A stretch of 64,000 bases of DNA from Candidatus Altimarinota bacterium (lineage in GTDB: Bacteria; Patescibacteriota; Gracilibacteria; UBA1369; GCA-2718715), in NCBI GenBank assembly GCA_041242255.1, contig JBESAV010000001.1, forward strand, positions 896,001-960,000. Direction: 5' to 3'. The notes beneath the pieces were generated by a model, which did no database searches, was not told where the DNA came from, and saw nothing but the letters and a program-made list of their open reading frames with translations. This document shows, piece by piece, positions 1-9,794 of the stretch (within the stretch, counting starts at the first letter, position 1; each line of letters opens with the position of its first letter). The position numbers and the translations under genes were made by a program.

Positions 1-1470
1 CAACTTGCTGAATATTCAGACACATTGATCCAAAGAAGTACAGTTAGACTTAACAGCAAACCTCATAAACCAACCAAACAACTAGACAATCTTGTAGATA
101 AACTCTCAGAAGATCCAGCTACTATGAAAAAATTAGCTGAACTAACAATCTACAACATTGAAAATGGTCAAAGAATAGACCACGAGGGTGCAGCCAAACT
201 GATTGGAGAAAAACTAAAAGAACAAGGAATCAAGGAGTTATCCAAAGAGGATTACCTATATATATACGGTAACCTCCTACCTGACACTTTCAGATCAATC
301 AACTCTCTGAGCACACAAGAAAGAATTGAAGCAATCAACAAACTTTCAACTCAATACGTAGAAGAGTACGTAAGATCATTATGTAAATACAACACTAAAC
401 CAAACGGTGAAAAATTTACTGAAGCTGAACAACAAATCATAATCCAAAACTTATCTAAGCACAGTGGAGTTAAGGAAAGCTTTAAGTCTTCCCTACTCGC
501 ACCAAACGTTCTAACCGAAGGTGCCGGTGGTGCCAACAACAAACTAGACCTAAACGGATACAACCTTTACACAACAGCCCATAGAAAAAATTTAAAAGGT
601 TTAAGAAATTCACAAATCACAAGAACTTTCGAAAACCAAATCGTAAAAGGATCCCTAACTAAGTTCGATTCAAACACAATCTCAAACAAAGCCGAAAGAG
701 ATCTCGTTAATCAATTCTTATACGGACTAAGTGAAAGCATTCCTTCAATTGACTCCAACTCAGTCACACCTGAATCAATCCAAAACCCTGAAACAAGAAA
801 ACAGATTGAAGAAATCTTAAACTCAAAAACAGGTCTACTAATGATGAGTACAACTCCTTTCGCACACGAAGGAAATAAAATCTCACTTTTAGGAGCAATG
901 TACGGTCCAGATGACCTTCAACTTATCGAAGGAATTTACGAAAAAATGGACAATCTCGGACAACTACCTACAGGAATGATAATCAGCAACCCAAAAGCAT
1001 TCAAAGCTATGATGCAACTTACTAAAGATATTCAAGAGCTGCACAATGCCCAAGGAAAGGTTACAAAAGAAACCTACAAAGGCGCACCACTTGAACTAAA
1101 CATCAAAGAAGAGTCGGGTGTAGTCCTTATAGGAAAATGTGCCAATCCTACTTACCTTTACAAAAGAACTCTAGGAGCCAAACTAGAAGTTTCTGAATCA
1201 GCTCCAGCAGCAGCTAAAGCAAAAGCCAAACGAATCTACAACTTGAAAGACGCTAGAAGAGAAAACATGAACAGAATCGGATTTGGAACAAAACTTAGCC
1301 TAACTCCTAAACCTCCAACAATACCACCAGAAACACCAGATAAACCAAACACGCCTAGAACACCAGATACACCAGACACTCCTCCAGACACCCCTCCAGG
1401 AGAAACACCACAAAAAACTAATACAACTAGGGCTCCTCAAACGGACACAAATGATATACCAGAATTTTAA
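1..1470 (+). CDS. Large hypothetical protein, 5' end outside the window; Pro/Thr-rich C-terminal linker
   Basis: Frame 1 is open from base 1 to TAA at 1468-1470; tail PETPDKPNTPRTPDTPDTPPDTPPGETP follows a GKCANP motif. Confidence 0.8.
   Translation, partial: QLAEYSDTLIQRSTVRLNSKPHKPTKQLDNLVDKLSEDPATMKKLAELTIYNIENGQRIDHEGAAKLIGEKLKEQGIKELSKEDYLYIYGNLLPDTFRSINSLSTQERIEAINKLSTQYVEEYVRSLCKYNTKPNGEKFTEAEQQIIIQNLSKHSGVKESFKSSLLAPNVLTEGAGGANNKLDLNGYNLYTTAHRKNLKGLRNSQITRTFENQIVKGSLTKFDSNTISNKAERDLVNQFLYGLSESIPSIDSNSVTPESIQNPETRKQIEEILNSKTGLLMMSTTPFAHEGNKISLLGAMYGPDDLQLIEGIYEKMDNLGQLPTGMIISNPKAFKAMMQLTKDIQELHNAQGKVTKETYKGAPLELNIKEESGVVLIGKCANPTYLYKRTLGAKLEVSESAPAAAKAKAKRIYNLKDARRENMNRIGFGTKLSLTPKPPTIPPETPDKPNTPRTPDTPDTPPDTPPGETPQKTNTTRAPQTDTNDIPEF
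1300..1410 (+). repeat. Imperfect coding repeat of PDT/PET/PNT units
   Basis: Recurrent ACACCAGAY/CCAGACAC units encoding TPD/PDT. Confidence 0.7.
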
Positions 1471-1478
1471 TTTGACAT

Positions 1479-1709
1479 ATGAATAAAAAAATTGCATTAT
1501 TAGCGACTATCATAGTTTTGATAGCAGTAGTAATTACATCAATCTACTACAACTCTCCAGATAAGGAATTTGCTAGAACTCTTGAAGACCAAAATGAAGA
1601 AGTTGGACCATTAGAAATTGAAGAAGAATTCACTGGGCCAAATACAAATTATTCAAGAGCTCCAGAGACAAATACTGAAGATCTAAATTTAAATTTTGAT
1701 AATGAATAA
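1479..1709 (+). CDS. Small membrane-anchored or secreted protein (76 aa)
   Basis: MNKK followed by hydrophobic IALLATIIVLIAVVITSIYY, then an acidic tail; tightly packed between neighbours. Confidence 0.8.
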   Translation: MNKKIALLATIIVLIAVVITSIYYNSPDKEFARTLEDQNEEVGPLEIEEEFTGPNTNYSRAPETNTEDLNLNFDNE

Positions 1710-4700
1710 ATTAAGAAGTCTCTTATTTCTTGGGATAATAGTACTCGCCTTTACTGGAGTGAGTGTTGCCCAAAATTCAAGTGTATGTAACCAACCTTGG
1801 TTTCCAAATGGTGTAAGCCATGCACAGTGTCCTGAGGGTTTAGAATACCCAACCTTAAATGCTTACAATGACTCACTATTTCTAGACCCAAATACTACTT
1901 TTGAAGAGAAGAACTTTGCCTTAGTTAGAGATCTAGATAATCAAACAGGAAGATTATCTGGGTTTAGAGACCAAATTACTTTTACTGATGAAGATAAAAC
2001 CTACGAGGGTTATTTTTACGTTCATAATTCAGGACGTCCAGATTGTAATTTCCCAGCAAACTCTCCTCAATTAGCAAGAAACAATTGTCAAGAATCAACA
2101 ATTCTAAGAAACGTAGACTTACAATTAAGAGATACATTCAGGAGAGATAGAACTGCCGACGGAAGAACAATTCTTATCAGTGATGGTATAGTTGACTCTC
2201 AAAATAACAGAAGAGTTCACACTTTCACAGCTGACCTAACTACAGCAAACGGAGATCCTAGAGATCTTACAGATTCATTTACAATTTACACACCAATTGA
2301 TAAAAGTATTTACCTAAATGCCACAACATTTAATCAAATATGTACTAGCTTCAACCAAACAACAGTAAACGGTAGAGTTCAAGATCAATGTATAACTTCA
2401 TCAATCAAAAGACATGATGAATCTACTCTAGAATTAGTAAACTCAGGAATTGACCTTACATCAAGATATGCTGGCGGAGAAGTAACTGGAGATGTTTTTT
2501 ATGCAAGTGAACGTTACATAAGAGAAGTTAAAATCTTTATGAAACTTACTGACGCCCCAGACGAACAACTAGTCTGTGAAGGCATCACAGCATCACCTAT
2601 CAGAGGAAACAACGCAACAAGCACTACTCAAACTTACAGAGTGCAGTTCGACCCAAATGAAAGAGATTTCCATGACGCCATCAGAGTACAAGGTGCATCA
2701 AACACTACTAGTTTCTCAAACAGATCAATAGTACTAGGAGGAAGATACACAGATGTAACCCTAACAGGACTTACAGCAAACTCTAGAGTAACAATCAGCT
2801 CAGCTGGTTCAAGCTCAGCATGTTCTACTGTCCTAACTTTCCCAGACATTCCTAACGGACAAGCTTGTAGAGATCTTGAGATTGTACAAGTAAGTGAAAC
2901 TGAAAACTCAATTACTTTTGATATAGATGCTACTCCATCAAGATTTGAAAGCTTGGCTGAAGTAAGCACTACTCAAGGAACATTAGAAGAAATATCTACA
3001 AACAGATATAGAGTTACAGGACTAGATAACAGCACAACTATTACAGCCCAAGTTCCATCAAACTTCCAAGGATCTGAAAATTGTAATGACACATTAGAAT
3101 TTACCCCAGAACCACCACTAGTTTGTGAATCAATCACTCTCAACACAGATACATACGACTACAAAGCAAACCCAAGGCCAACATTCAGAGTTACCGACAA
3201 ACAACCTGCCGGTTTCCAAGCTGACTTCAGATGGACAGTAGTTGGAGAAAACAATCAAACAATTCAAACAACAACTGGTGACGACTTACTAAGCTTTAGA
3301 CCAAACTCCCCTCTTACAGGTAGAGAAACAGTTAGAGTTCAAGTAGTTGGTTCAGACAATTCAAACTGTAGAGCCGAGGCTACTTCAGAAAGACCTCCAA
3401 TTGAAGAAGTTTGTGAAGACTTGGAATTAAACAGAAGGCTAAATCCACAACTAAAAAGAACTATCCCAAGTAATGGTCAACCAGCTATTTTCCAAATCGA
3501 CGGTGGATCATACGAAGGTGATATTACTTTCCGAGCCGAAGGTGAACCAGACAGAACAGTCTTTATCACAAACGGTCAAAGAACCAGAGGTGAAATCACT
3601 GTTGGTATCGACGAAACAGTAATCATCCTAAATACAGGAGAAGACAATGTGATCAGAGTATTCGCACAAGAACAAAACCAATACACAGAAGATTGTTTCC
3701 TAACTCTTAGAGCTGACGAAAACGACGAAGGTGATAAACTTACTGAAATTGAAAAAACAGTAGATAAACCATTCGCAACAGACGGAGATATCCTTACTTA
3801 TACTATTAAGTACACGATCAGCCCGGTATTTGGTAGCTCAGAATTCAGAGAAGCTCTAGAAGGACTTGATACAGCTGTCCTAAAAGATGACATCAAAAAC
3901 GTATTTGGTCTTCAAGACAGACTTTCAAACCCTCTTGAATCAAGAGATAGTAGCCTACAAGTTCTAGATCTATTCATTGATGGAAGACTATCAGATTCAT
4001 CTGGTGACCTATTCAATCTTCAAGAAGGTCTAACTATCGAGAACCTAACTGAAAAAGCTGGTAACACTTATACAATCACTTATACCGCAAGACTTGATGC
4101 TGACATTATAGAAGAATGCCAAGTTATAACAGACTCATGTGGATTTGAATTCCTCAATACAGTAGTTGATAACTTCAACAACTTTGACTCAGCTTCAGTA
4201 CTAGCAACTTGTCCATTCGTAGTTTCAAGAAGCTTCGGAGACGTATTCCTAGAAGAAGAATTCGAAGGAACAATCGACATCGCTAGATGTACAAATAGAA
4301 GAAATACAGAAGGACCAGTATTCACTCCTAAACCAAGAACACCTCAAGAACTGATTAGTTCTGGTACCGGAGCTCTAAGTGCCCCTACTCATAGAATCTG
4401 TAGAGAAAGTATTAAAGAAAATCCAAACCTTGATTCTAGAGAACTAGAAGGATACAAAAATCCACTAGCTAACTTCTCTTCAAGCGTATGTGAGGTATCA
4501 CTCTTCACATCATCAAGTTGGACTTCTGAAGACATTGAAAGAAACCTTAGAAGTAACGCTAGCCGATTCAACAACGTTACAAATCTAAATAGCACCAACA
4601 CTCTTTCAAACCTGAACAGCTCAGCATTAGCCACTTATGACGCAATAAATCCAAACAGCGACACTAAGGTATACAGAAAAACAAACGGTAACCTAACGAT

Positions 4701-5145
4701 CAATAATGATTCACCAATAATCCTAAACGATGGATTAGCTAAAACAATCATTATTGAAGGAAATGACTTGATCATTAACCAAAACATTTCTTACCAAAGA
4801 TCTACTTCACAAGCCTTCCCATCTCAAATCGCCTTCATCGTCATCGGTGGAGATGTAGTGATCGGACCAAATGTAACTGAAGTAGTAGGAGCTATTGCCG
4901 CAGTACCTGACGCAGACGGTAACGGAGGATTCCTAAGAAGATCAGAACAAACCAACAACCTTCTTACAATCCAAGGTTCAATCTTCGGAGACTCAGGACC
5001 ACTGTTCGCAGGAACAAGCAACCCTGGTGACCTACTAGCTGACAGAGGATCTGTAACAGTAATCTACGACAGTGGAATCATACTGAACACTCCTCCAGGA
5101 CTGCAAAGTATTATCCAATTCAACCAGTACCAAACAGTAAGATAA
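1702..5145 (+). CDS. Large secreted multi-domain surface protein with Cys-bracketed modules and a DUF11-like domain
   Basis: Signal peptide MNKLRSLLFLGIIVLAFTGVSVA; EKTVDKPFATDGDILTYTIKY is DUF11/TIGR01451-like; C-terminal VIYD...TPPGL; ATG 1702 preferred over TTG 1696. Confidence 0.8.
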   Translation: MNKLRSLLFLGIIVLAFTGVSVAQNSSVCNQPWFPNGVSHAQCPEGLEYPTLNAYNDSLFLDPNTTFEEKNFALVRDLDNQTGRLSGFRDQITFTDEDKTYEGYFYVHNSGRPDCNFPANSPQLARNNCQESTILRNVDLQLRDTFRRDRTADGRTILISDGIVDSQNNRRVHTFTADLTTANGDPRDLTDSFTIYTPIDKSIYLNATTFNQICTSFNQTTVNGRVQDQCITSSIKRHDESTLELVNSGIDLTSRYAGGEVTGDVFYASERYIREVKIFMKLTDAPDEQLVCEGITASPIRGNNATSTTQTYRVQFDPNERDFHDAIRVQGASNTTSFSNRSIVLGGRYTDVTLTGLTANSRVTISSAGSSSACSTVLTFPDIPNGQACRDLEIVQVSETENSITFDIDATPSRFESLAEVSTTQGTLEEISTNRYRVTGLDNSTTITAQVPSNFQGSENCNDTLEFTPEPPLVCESITLNTDTYDYKANPRPTFRVTDKQPAGFQADFRWTVVGENNQTIQTTTGDDLLSFRPNSPLTGRETVRVQVVGSDNSNCRAEATSERPPIEEVCEDLELNRRLNPQLKRTIPSNGQPAIFQIDGGSYEGDITFRAEGEPDRTVFITNGQRTRGEITVGIDETVIILNTGEDNVIRVFAQEQNQYTEDCFLTLRADENDEGDKLTEIEKTVDKPFATDGDILTYTIKYTISPVFGSSEFREALEGLDTAVLKDDIKNVFGLQDRLSNPLESRDSSLQVLDLFIDGRLSDSSGDLFNLQEGLTIENLTEKAGNTYTITYTARLDADIIEECQVITDSCGFEFLNTVVDNFNNFDSASVLATCPFVVSRSFGDVFLEEEFEGTIDIARCTNRRNTEGPVFTPKPRTPQELISSGTGALSAPTHRICRESIKENPNLDSRELEGYKNPLANFSSSVCEVSLFTSSSWTSEDIERNLRSNASRFNNVTNLNSTNTLSNLNSSALATYDAINPNSDTKVYRKTNGNLTINNDSPIILNDGLAKTIIIEGNDLIINQNISYQRSTSQAFPSQIAFIVIGGDVVIGPNVTEVVGAIAAVPDADGNGGFLRRSEQTNNLLTIQGSIFGDSGPLFAGTSNPGDLLADRGSVTVIYDSGIILNTPPGLQSIIQFNQYQTVR

Positions 5146-5177
5146 TACAAACTTAAAAATCGTTTCGACTTAATCTT

Positions 5178-5222
5178 AAAAACCCCTCTCTTATGGTGAC
5201 TTATACGAAAGGGGTTTTTCTT
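5178..5222. terminator. Intrinsic terminator, potentially bidirectional
   Basis: AAAAACCCCT (5178-5187) pairs with AGGGGTTTTT (5210-5219), with an imperfect inner stem. Confidence 0.75.
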
Positions 5223-5263
5223 TATCCAAATTCCCTCTAAACTATTTTCAAATAAATACTCAA

Positions 5264-6229
5264 ATGATCTACTTATTCCACGGAACAGACAAAGCCCAAA
5301 TCCAATCAACCATCCAAAACTGGGAAAAAGGCTTTTTAGAAAAAAATCCCAACAGCACCAACCTAACCAAATACACTCCTGACCAAGTAGACCTACCTAA
5401 CCTCATCTCAGAGCTCAAGTCACTCCCCTTTTTAGAGGATAAAAGACTTATCATTCTTCCAGAATTCACAGACAAGGCCTCCAAAGAAGATCAAAAAAAA
5501 TTATCCACAGAATTCAAAAACCTTCCAGACTCAACAATTCTTTGCTTAGTTAGTTACCAAAAACTACCTAAAACCACCAACCCAATCCACAAAGAACTAA
5601 TCAAACTCTCCAAAAAAGATTCAAAAACCTATCAAATCCAAGAAATCTCCAGTAACGAAAAAGACCTAGCCCAAAAAGTTCAAAAGATAATCAAATCTTA
5701 TCAAAAAGAAATCCCTTCCCACCTAGCCCAAGAGCTTGTTGAAAACCTACAAAAAAACTCAATCAAAATCCAATCCGAATCTCACAAACTAGGCCTATAT
5801 TCACCAAACAACCAAATCCAAAAAGAAGACATCCAAACCATCTGTAGCTACAGCACCGAAACAAACGTCTTCCATCTCATGGACCACATCACTCTAGGTC
5901 AAACCAAACAAGCCCTCCAAAAAATCCAAGAACTCGAAGACAACGGCGAAGATCTAATGAAGATTTTTTACCTAATCATTCGCCAATACCGTATCCTAAT
6001 CCAACTTAACTCCCTCAGCCAAGAACGCATTCCCCAACCACAAATAGTAAAACTAACCAAACTCCACCCATACGTAGTTAAAAAAACAATTCCTCAAGCT
6101 CAAAAATTCCACCCAAACCAACTCCTAAAAACCTACAATCAACTCCTTCAAATCGATCGTAAGATCAAAACAGGCCTACTCAAACCAGACCAATTAAATT
6201 CTGAGTTCACTAAGCTAGTTGTAAGCTGA
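5264..6229 (+). CDS. holA: DNA polymerase III subunit delta
   Basis: MIYLFHG start, SLPFLEDKRLII, NVFHLMD, LHPYVVKK, LLQIDRKIKTG; 321 aa. Confidence 0.9.
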   Translation: MIYLFHGTDKAQIQSTIQNWEKGFLEKNPNSTNLTKYTPDQVDLPNLISELKSLPFLEDKRLIILPEFTDKASKEDQKKLSTEFKNLPDSTILCLVSYQKLPKTTNPIHKELIKLSKKDSKTYQIQEISSNEKDLAQKVQKIIKSYQKEIPSHLAQELVENLQKNSIKIQSESHKLGLYSPNNQIQKEDIQTICSYSTETNVFHLMDHITLGQTKQALQKIQELEDNGEDLMKIFYLIIRQYRILIQLNSLSQERIPQPQIVKLTKLHPYVVKKTIPQAQKFHPNQLLKTYNQLLQIDRKIKTGLLKPDQLNSEFTKLVVS

Positions 6230-7183
6230 AGCACTTGTAAAACTAATATTCACACCAGGCAAAGTTTCACGAGCATTACAAACCGATTCAAAACTCAATC
6301 CATCACAAGATCTCAAAACAATATTTTTTACTGAGTCCAAAAATCCTGTCTCCAGTAAGATACCAAAATCATCATCAGCAAAATTACTTTCAGAAACCAT
6401 AAAGTTCTCAACCATTAAACCTTCAATATCGTAAAACCTTGAGGCCATATTTAAAGTAAAAAGATCTCCATCCACTATCCCACCATCTAGAACCAAACTT
6501 CGTAAACCAGAATTCTGAGCTACCATTTCACCTATATGCAACCCATCATTACCATCAAGCATTATCCCCCTCACAATCATATCTGCCACTTTAACATCAT
6601 GTAAAAACTCCAATCTATCTGGATCATCCATATGATAAGCCGCAAGCAAATCAATATGATTTACTAACTCAAATCTTTTCACATTTCCATTTCTCAAACC
6701 TTCCAAATCTTTATATCTCTCAAAAGGAAAAGTACATGCAAAACATTTCAAATGACTCACTCCGTCAGCAAAATTATTTAAATCATCTGCCACAATATGA
6801 AACTCTCCTTCATTTAAACCAATCAAAGTCACTCTCTTCGTTATATCCGATATACAACTACTTATACTCTCTCGTATCCGACCAACTCTAATACTTTCCG
6901 CTCTTAGAGGATCAATCAACTTCTCCACGAATTCAGCATCCACATACACTTCATCAACATCAAAATACCTCAAAACACTATGGATCTGACCTTTCCTAAG
7001 AGCATAATTCACAAGCCATGGCATTCTTCTGATCATTGAACCAATATAAACGTCATATCTTTCTCTCATCTCATCAGATCTGCTTACAACATCCATTTGC
7101 TCCATAAAAACATCCGCAAATTTCTTTGGCTCTTCAGCATGCAAAAACTCCCTAACTGATCCAAAATTAAATACACTCTCCAT
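6215..7183 (-). CDS. Hypothetical protein with weak LRR/RNI-like C-terminus
   Basis: 322-aa ORF; LRSLVLDGG and VKNIVLRSCDGLSFESV...LPGVNI. Confidence 0.7.
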   Translation of the reverse strand: MESVFNFGSVREFLHAEEPKKFADVFMEQMDVVSRSDEMRERYDVYIGSMIRRMPWLVNYALRKGQIHSVLRYFDVDEVYVDAEFVEKLIDPLRAESIRVGRIRESISSCISDITKRVTLIGLNEGEFHIVADDLNNFADGVSHLKCFACTFPFERYKDLEGLRNGNVKRFELVNHIDLLAAYHMDDPDRLEFLHDVKVADMIVRGIMLDGNDGLHIGEMVAQNSGLRSLVLDGGIVDGDLFTLNMASRFYDIEGLMVENFMVSESNFADDDFGILLETGFLDSVKNIVLRSCDGLSFESVCNARETLPGVNISFTSASAYN

Positions 7184-7204
7184 AACCGTTTTTAAATAGA
7201 TCTT

Positions 7205-7232
7205 ATTATAAAACCTATTCCTAAAAAGTCAA
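7205..7232 (-). promoter_or_regulatory. Sigma70-type promoter for the 322-aa orphan
   Basis: Minus strand TTGACT-N16-TATAAT. Confidence 0.6.
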
Positions 7233-7237
7233 ACTAG

Positions 7238-8674
7238 CTAAGATACCTCTTTCCAAAATTCTGTCTCTTTCTCATAAGCATCTCCCACTTTGAATAACAA
7301 GTCTTCTCTAAATTGAGGAGCCAATATCTGCAAACCAACTGGGAGCTTAGCTCCATCCTTCTCTACAAACCCACATGGTACAGATAAACCAGGAATACCA
7401 GCACAACTTGAAGGAATCGTGAGCATGTCAGCCATGTACATTTTCACCGGATCATTAACAAGCTCTCCAACTTTAAAAGCAGGACTTGGTGATACCGGCC
7501 CCATTATTACATCTACATCTTTAAAAGCTTCCTCAAATTCATTCAATATAAGGGTTCTCACTTTTTGAGCCTTCAAGTAATAATCATCATAACTACCAGC
7601 CGATAAAGCAAATGTACCTATCATTATTCTTCTTTTCATCTCATCTCCAAATCCTTCAGCACGACTTCTCAGAAACTGATCAGCTACACTCGAAGCTTCA
7701 GGATCTAATTCTCTCCCAACTCTAATCCCATCATATCTAGCCATATTTGCACTTATTTCAGCAGGTGCAACAAGATAATAAACCGCCACCCCATACTTTG
7801 TCATAGGCAATGAAATCTCCTTCACAGTAGCACCTTTACTCTCCAACACAGCCACTGCCTCCTTAACTTTTCTTGCAACTTCAGGATCTACTCCATCTCC
7901 AAAATATTCTTTTGGCAAACCAATCCTCAATCCTTCCACATTCCCATCCATAGCCTTCATATATTCTCCAACCTCCACATCAACTGAAGTAGAATCATTT
8001 TCATGCTTTCCAGCAGTCACCCCCAACACCAAAGCAGCATCCTCTACAGTTTTAGTAAAATGCCCAATAGTGTCTAGAGATGAAGCCATCGATATCACCC
8101 CACTTCTAGGAACTCTTCCGTATGTAACCTTTAAACCAACAGCATTACAAAAACCAGCTGGTTGTCTAATCGACCCACCAGTATCAGTCCCCATTGAGAA
8201 AACAGCAAGATTTGATGGTATAACCGCAGCAGAACCTCCTGACGAACCACCTGAAACTCTACCATGATCATATGGATTAACAGTAGGACCAAAACAAGAT
8301 GTCTCAGTCGAAGCTCCACACGTAAACTCATCGGTATTCACTTTCCCAAGACATATAGCACCAGCCTCATATAATCGATCTACAACAGGAGCATTAAATT
8401 TAGGAACATATCCCTTCAAAATATTAGAACAAGCCGTAGTCTCAACACCTTCTGTTGTAAACACATCTTTCAAAGCCATAGGAATACCAGCCAAAGCACC
8501 TCCTTTACCATCTTTAACTTGCTTTTCAGCTAGATCCTTTGAAACATTTACATACGCATTCAGGTCACCATCAATTTCTGCGATTCTATCAAAATAATCT
8601 TTAACAACCTCTTCAGGACTAACTACCCCATCAGTATAAGCTTTCAATAAACTCTTTATTGTATAATTTTCCAT
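7238..8674 (-). CDS. gatA: Asp-tRNA(Asn)/Glu-tRNA(Gln) amidotransferase subunit A
   Basis: Amidase signature GGSSGGS and GTDTGGSIRQPA; RRIMIGTFALS; YYLKAQKVR. Confidence 0.97.
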   Translation of the reverse strand: MENYTIKSLLKAYTDGVVSPEEVVKDYFDRIAEIDGDLNAYVNVSKDLAEKQVKDGKGGALAGIPMALKDVFTTEGVETTACSNILKGYVPKFNAPVVDRLYEAGAICLGKVNTDEFTCGASTETSCFGPTVNPYDHGRVSGGSSGGSAAVIPSNLAVFSMGTDTGGSIRQPAGFCNAVGLKVTYGRVPRSGVISMASSLDTIGHFTKTVEDAALVLGVTAGKHENDSTSVDVEVGEYMKAMDGNVEGLRIGLPKEYFGDGVDPEVARKVKEAVAVLESKGATVKEISLPMTKYGVAVYYLVAPAEISANMARYDGIRVGRELDPEASSVADQFLRSRAEGFGDEMKRRIMIGTFALSAGSYDDYYLKAQKVRTLILNEFEEAFKDVDVIMGPVSPSPAFKVGELVNDPVKMYMADMLTIPSSCAGIPGLSVPCGFVEKDGAKLPVGLQILAPQFREDLLFKVGDAYEKETEFWKEVS

Positions 8675-8683
8675 CAACTAATA

Positions 8684-8977
8684 TTACTTATTCAAAATTT
8701 TCTTCACAAGAACCTGATACGCTCTTTTCTCTAAAGGAGAATTCTCCAAAAGCTTATCTGGCTCACCAAATCTCTCCTCTTCATCACTTCTCATAACACT
8801 ATCAATTCCAGTAACCTGATAAGTAGGTGCAACCCCATCAGTATCAACCTCATGCAACATCTCTACCCAATCAAGAATCCCAGAGACCTCGCTACCTAAC
8901 TTATCCATCTCTTCATCAGTCAACTCAATCATAGCCAACTTTGCAATTTTCATAATTTGCTCTTTCGTAAGTGCCAT
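8684..8977 (-). CDS. gatC: Asp-tRNA(Asn)/Glu-tRNA(Gln) amidotransferase subunit C
   Basis: IAKLAMIEL...ILDWVEML.EVDTDGV.PT; directly upstream of gatA. Confidence 0.93.
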   Translation of the reverse strand: MALTKEQIMKIAKLAMIELTDEEMDKLGSEVSGILDWVEMLHEVDTDGVAPTYQVTGIDSVMRSDEEERFGEPDKLLENSPLEKRAYQVLVKKILNK

Positions 8978-9068
8978 TTCTTTAATTTAAAACATAAACA
9001 ATCTATAGAAATTCTTTTTTCTTTTCAAGGCTCCATACTATATAATCCAATCAATAAAAAGATTCTTT

Positions 9069-9398
9069 ATGAATTCAACCACCAAATTCTACAAAAACCT
9101 CCAAGAAGCAACTCTATATCTCACGCTACCTCTTGGCCTTACCTGCTTGATAAGTGGGCTGTTGTACATAAATCAAATCTCCATGAAAAACAGCTGGCTG
9201 GTCAATCGCACAATAGATACCCCCTTTTTCATGGTTCTCACTTTGTATCTCTTTTCTAAAGTAAAACTCATCCAACTCCAAAGCTCTGAGAAACCACAAA
9301 GTAAATTCACTCAAATCCTTGAACTTACCCTACTCATAGGAGCAATTGCAGCTCTGATACTTTTCGATATATTCTTCACAAATAAAATACCTACTTAA
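9069..9398 (+). CDS. Small membrane protein (about 3 TM segments)
   Basis: Three hydrophobic stretches; stop overlaps the next start (TAATG). Confidence 0.7.
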   Translation: MNSTTKFYKNLQEATLYLTLPLGLTCLISGLLYINQISMKNSWLVNRTIDTPFFMVLTLYLFSKVKLIQLQSSEKPQSKFTQILELTLLIGAIAALILFDIFFTNKIPT

Positions 9399-9793
9399 TG
9401 AAAGTTCTTACCTTCGGAACATTTGACCGATTACATCCAGGGCATATTTTCTATCTAACTGAGGCTAAAAAACTTGGGACACAACTATATACAATTGTTG
9501 CACTAGACCAAACAGTTCAAAAAACAAAGAAACAAATACCTAGATTCAACCATTCTAAACGACTTCAAAATCTCAAAAATCTAAAATTAGACAATCACAC
9601 AATAATTCTAGGTCACCCAAACGACCCATACCATTTCCTTAACATAATACAGCCTGATATAATCGCACTAGGATACGATCAAACTCATTTCACAAAAAAA
9701 CTACAAACAAAATTCCCAGATACCAAAATAATCCGAATTAAGAACCATCACCCACATTTATTCAAATCATCCATAATCGCTAAATTCAAATAA
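9398..9793 (+). CDS. HxGH nucleotidyltransferase, archaeal-type FAD synthase (RibL) / cytidylyltransferase-like
   Basis: TFGTFDRLHPGH, PDIIALGYDQ, C-terminal KSS. Confidence 0.8.
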   Translation: MKVLTFGTFDRLHPGHIFYLTEAKKLGTQLYTIVALDQTVQKTKKQIPRFNHSKRLQNLKNLKLDNHTIILGHPNDPYHFLNIIQPDIIALGYDQTHFTKKLQTKFPDTKIIRIKNHHPHLFKSSIIAKFK

Positions 9794-9794
9794 A

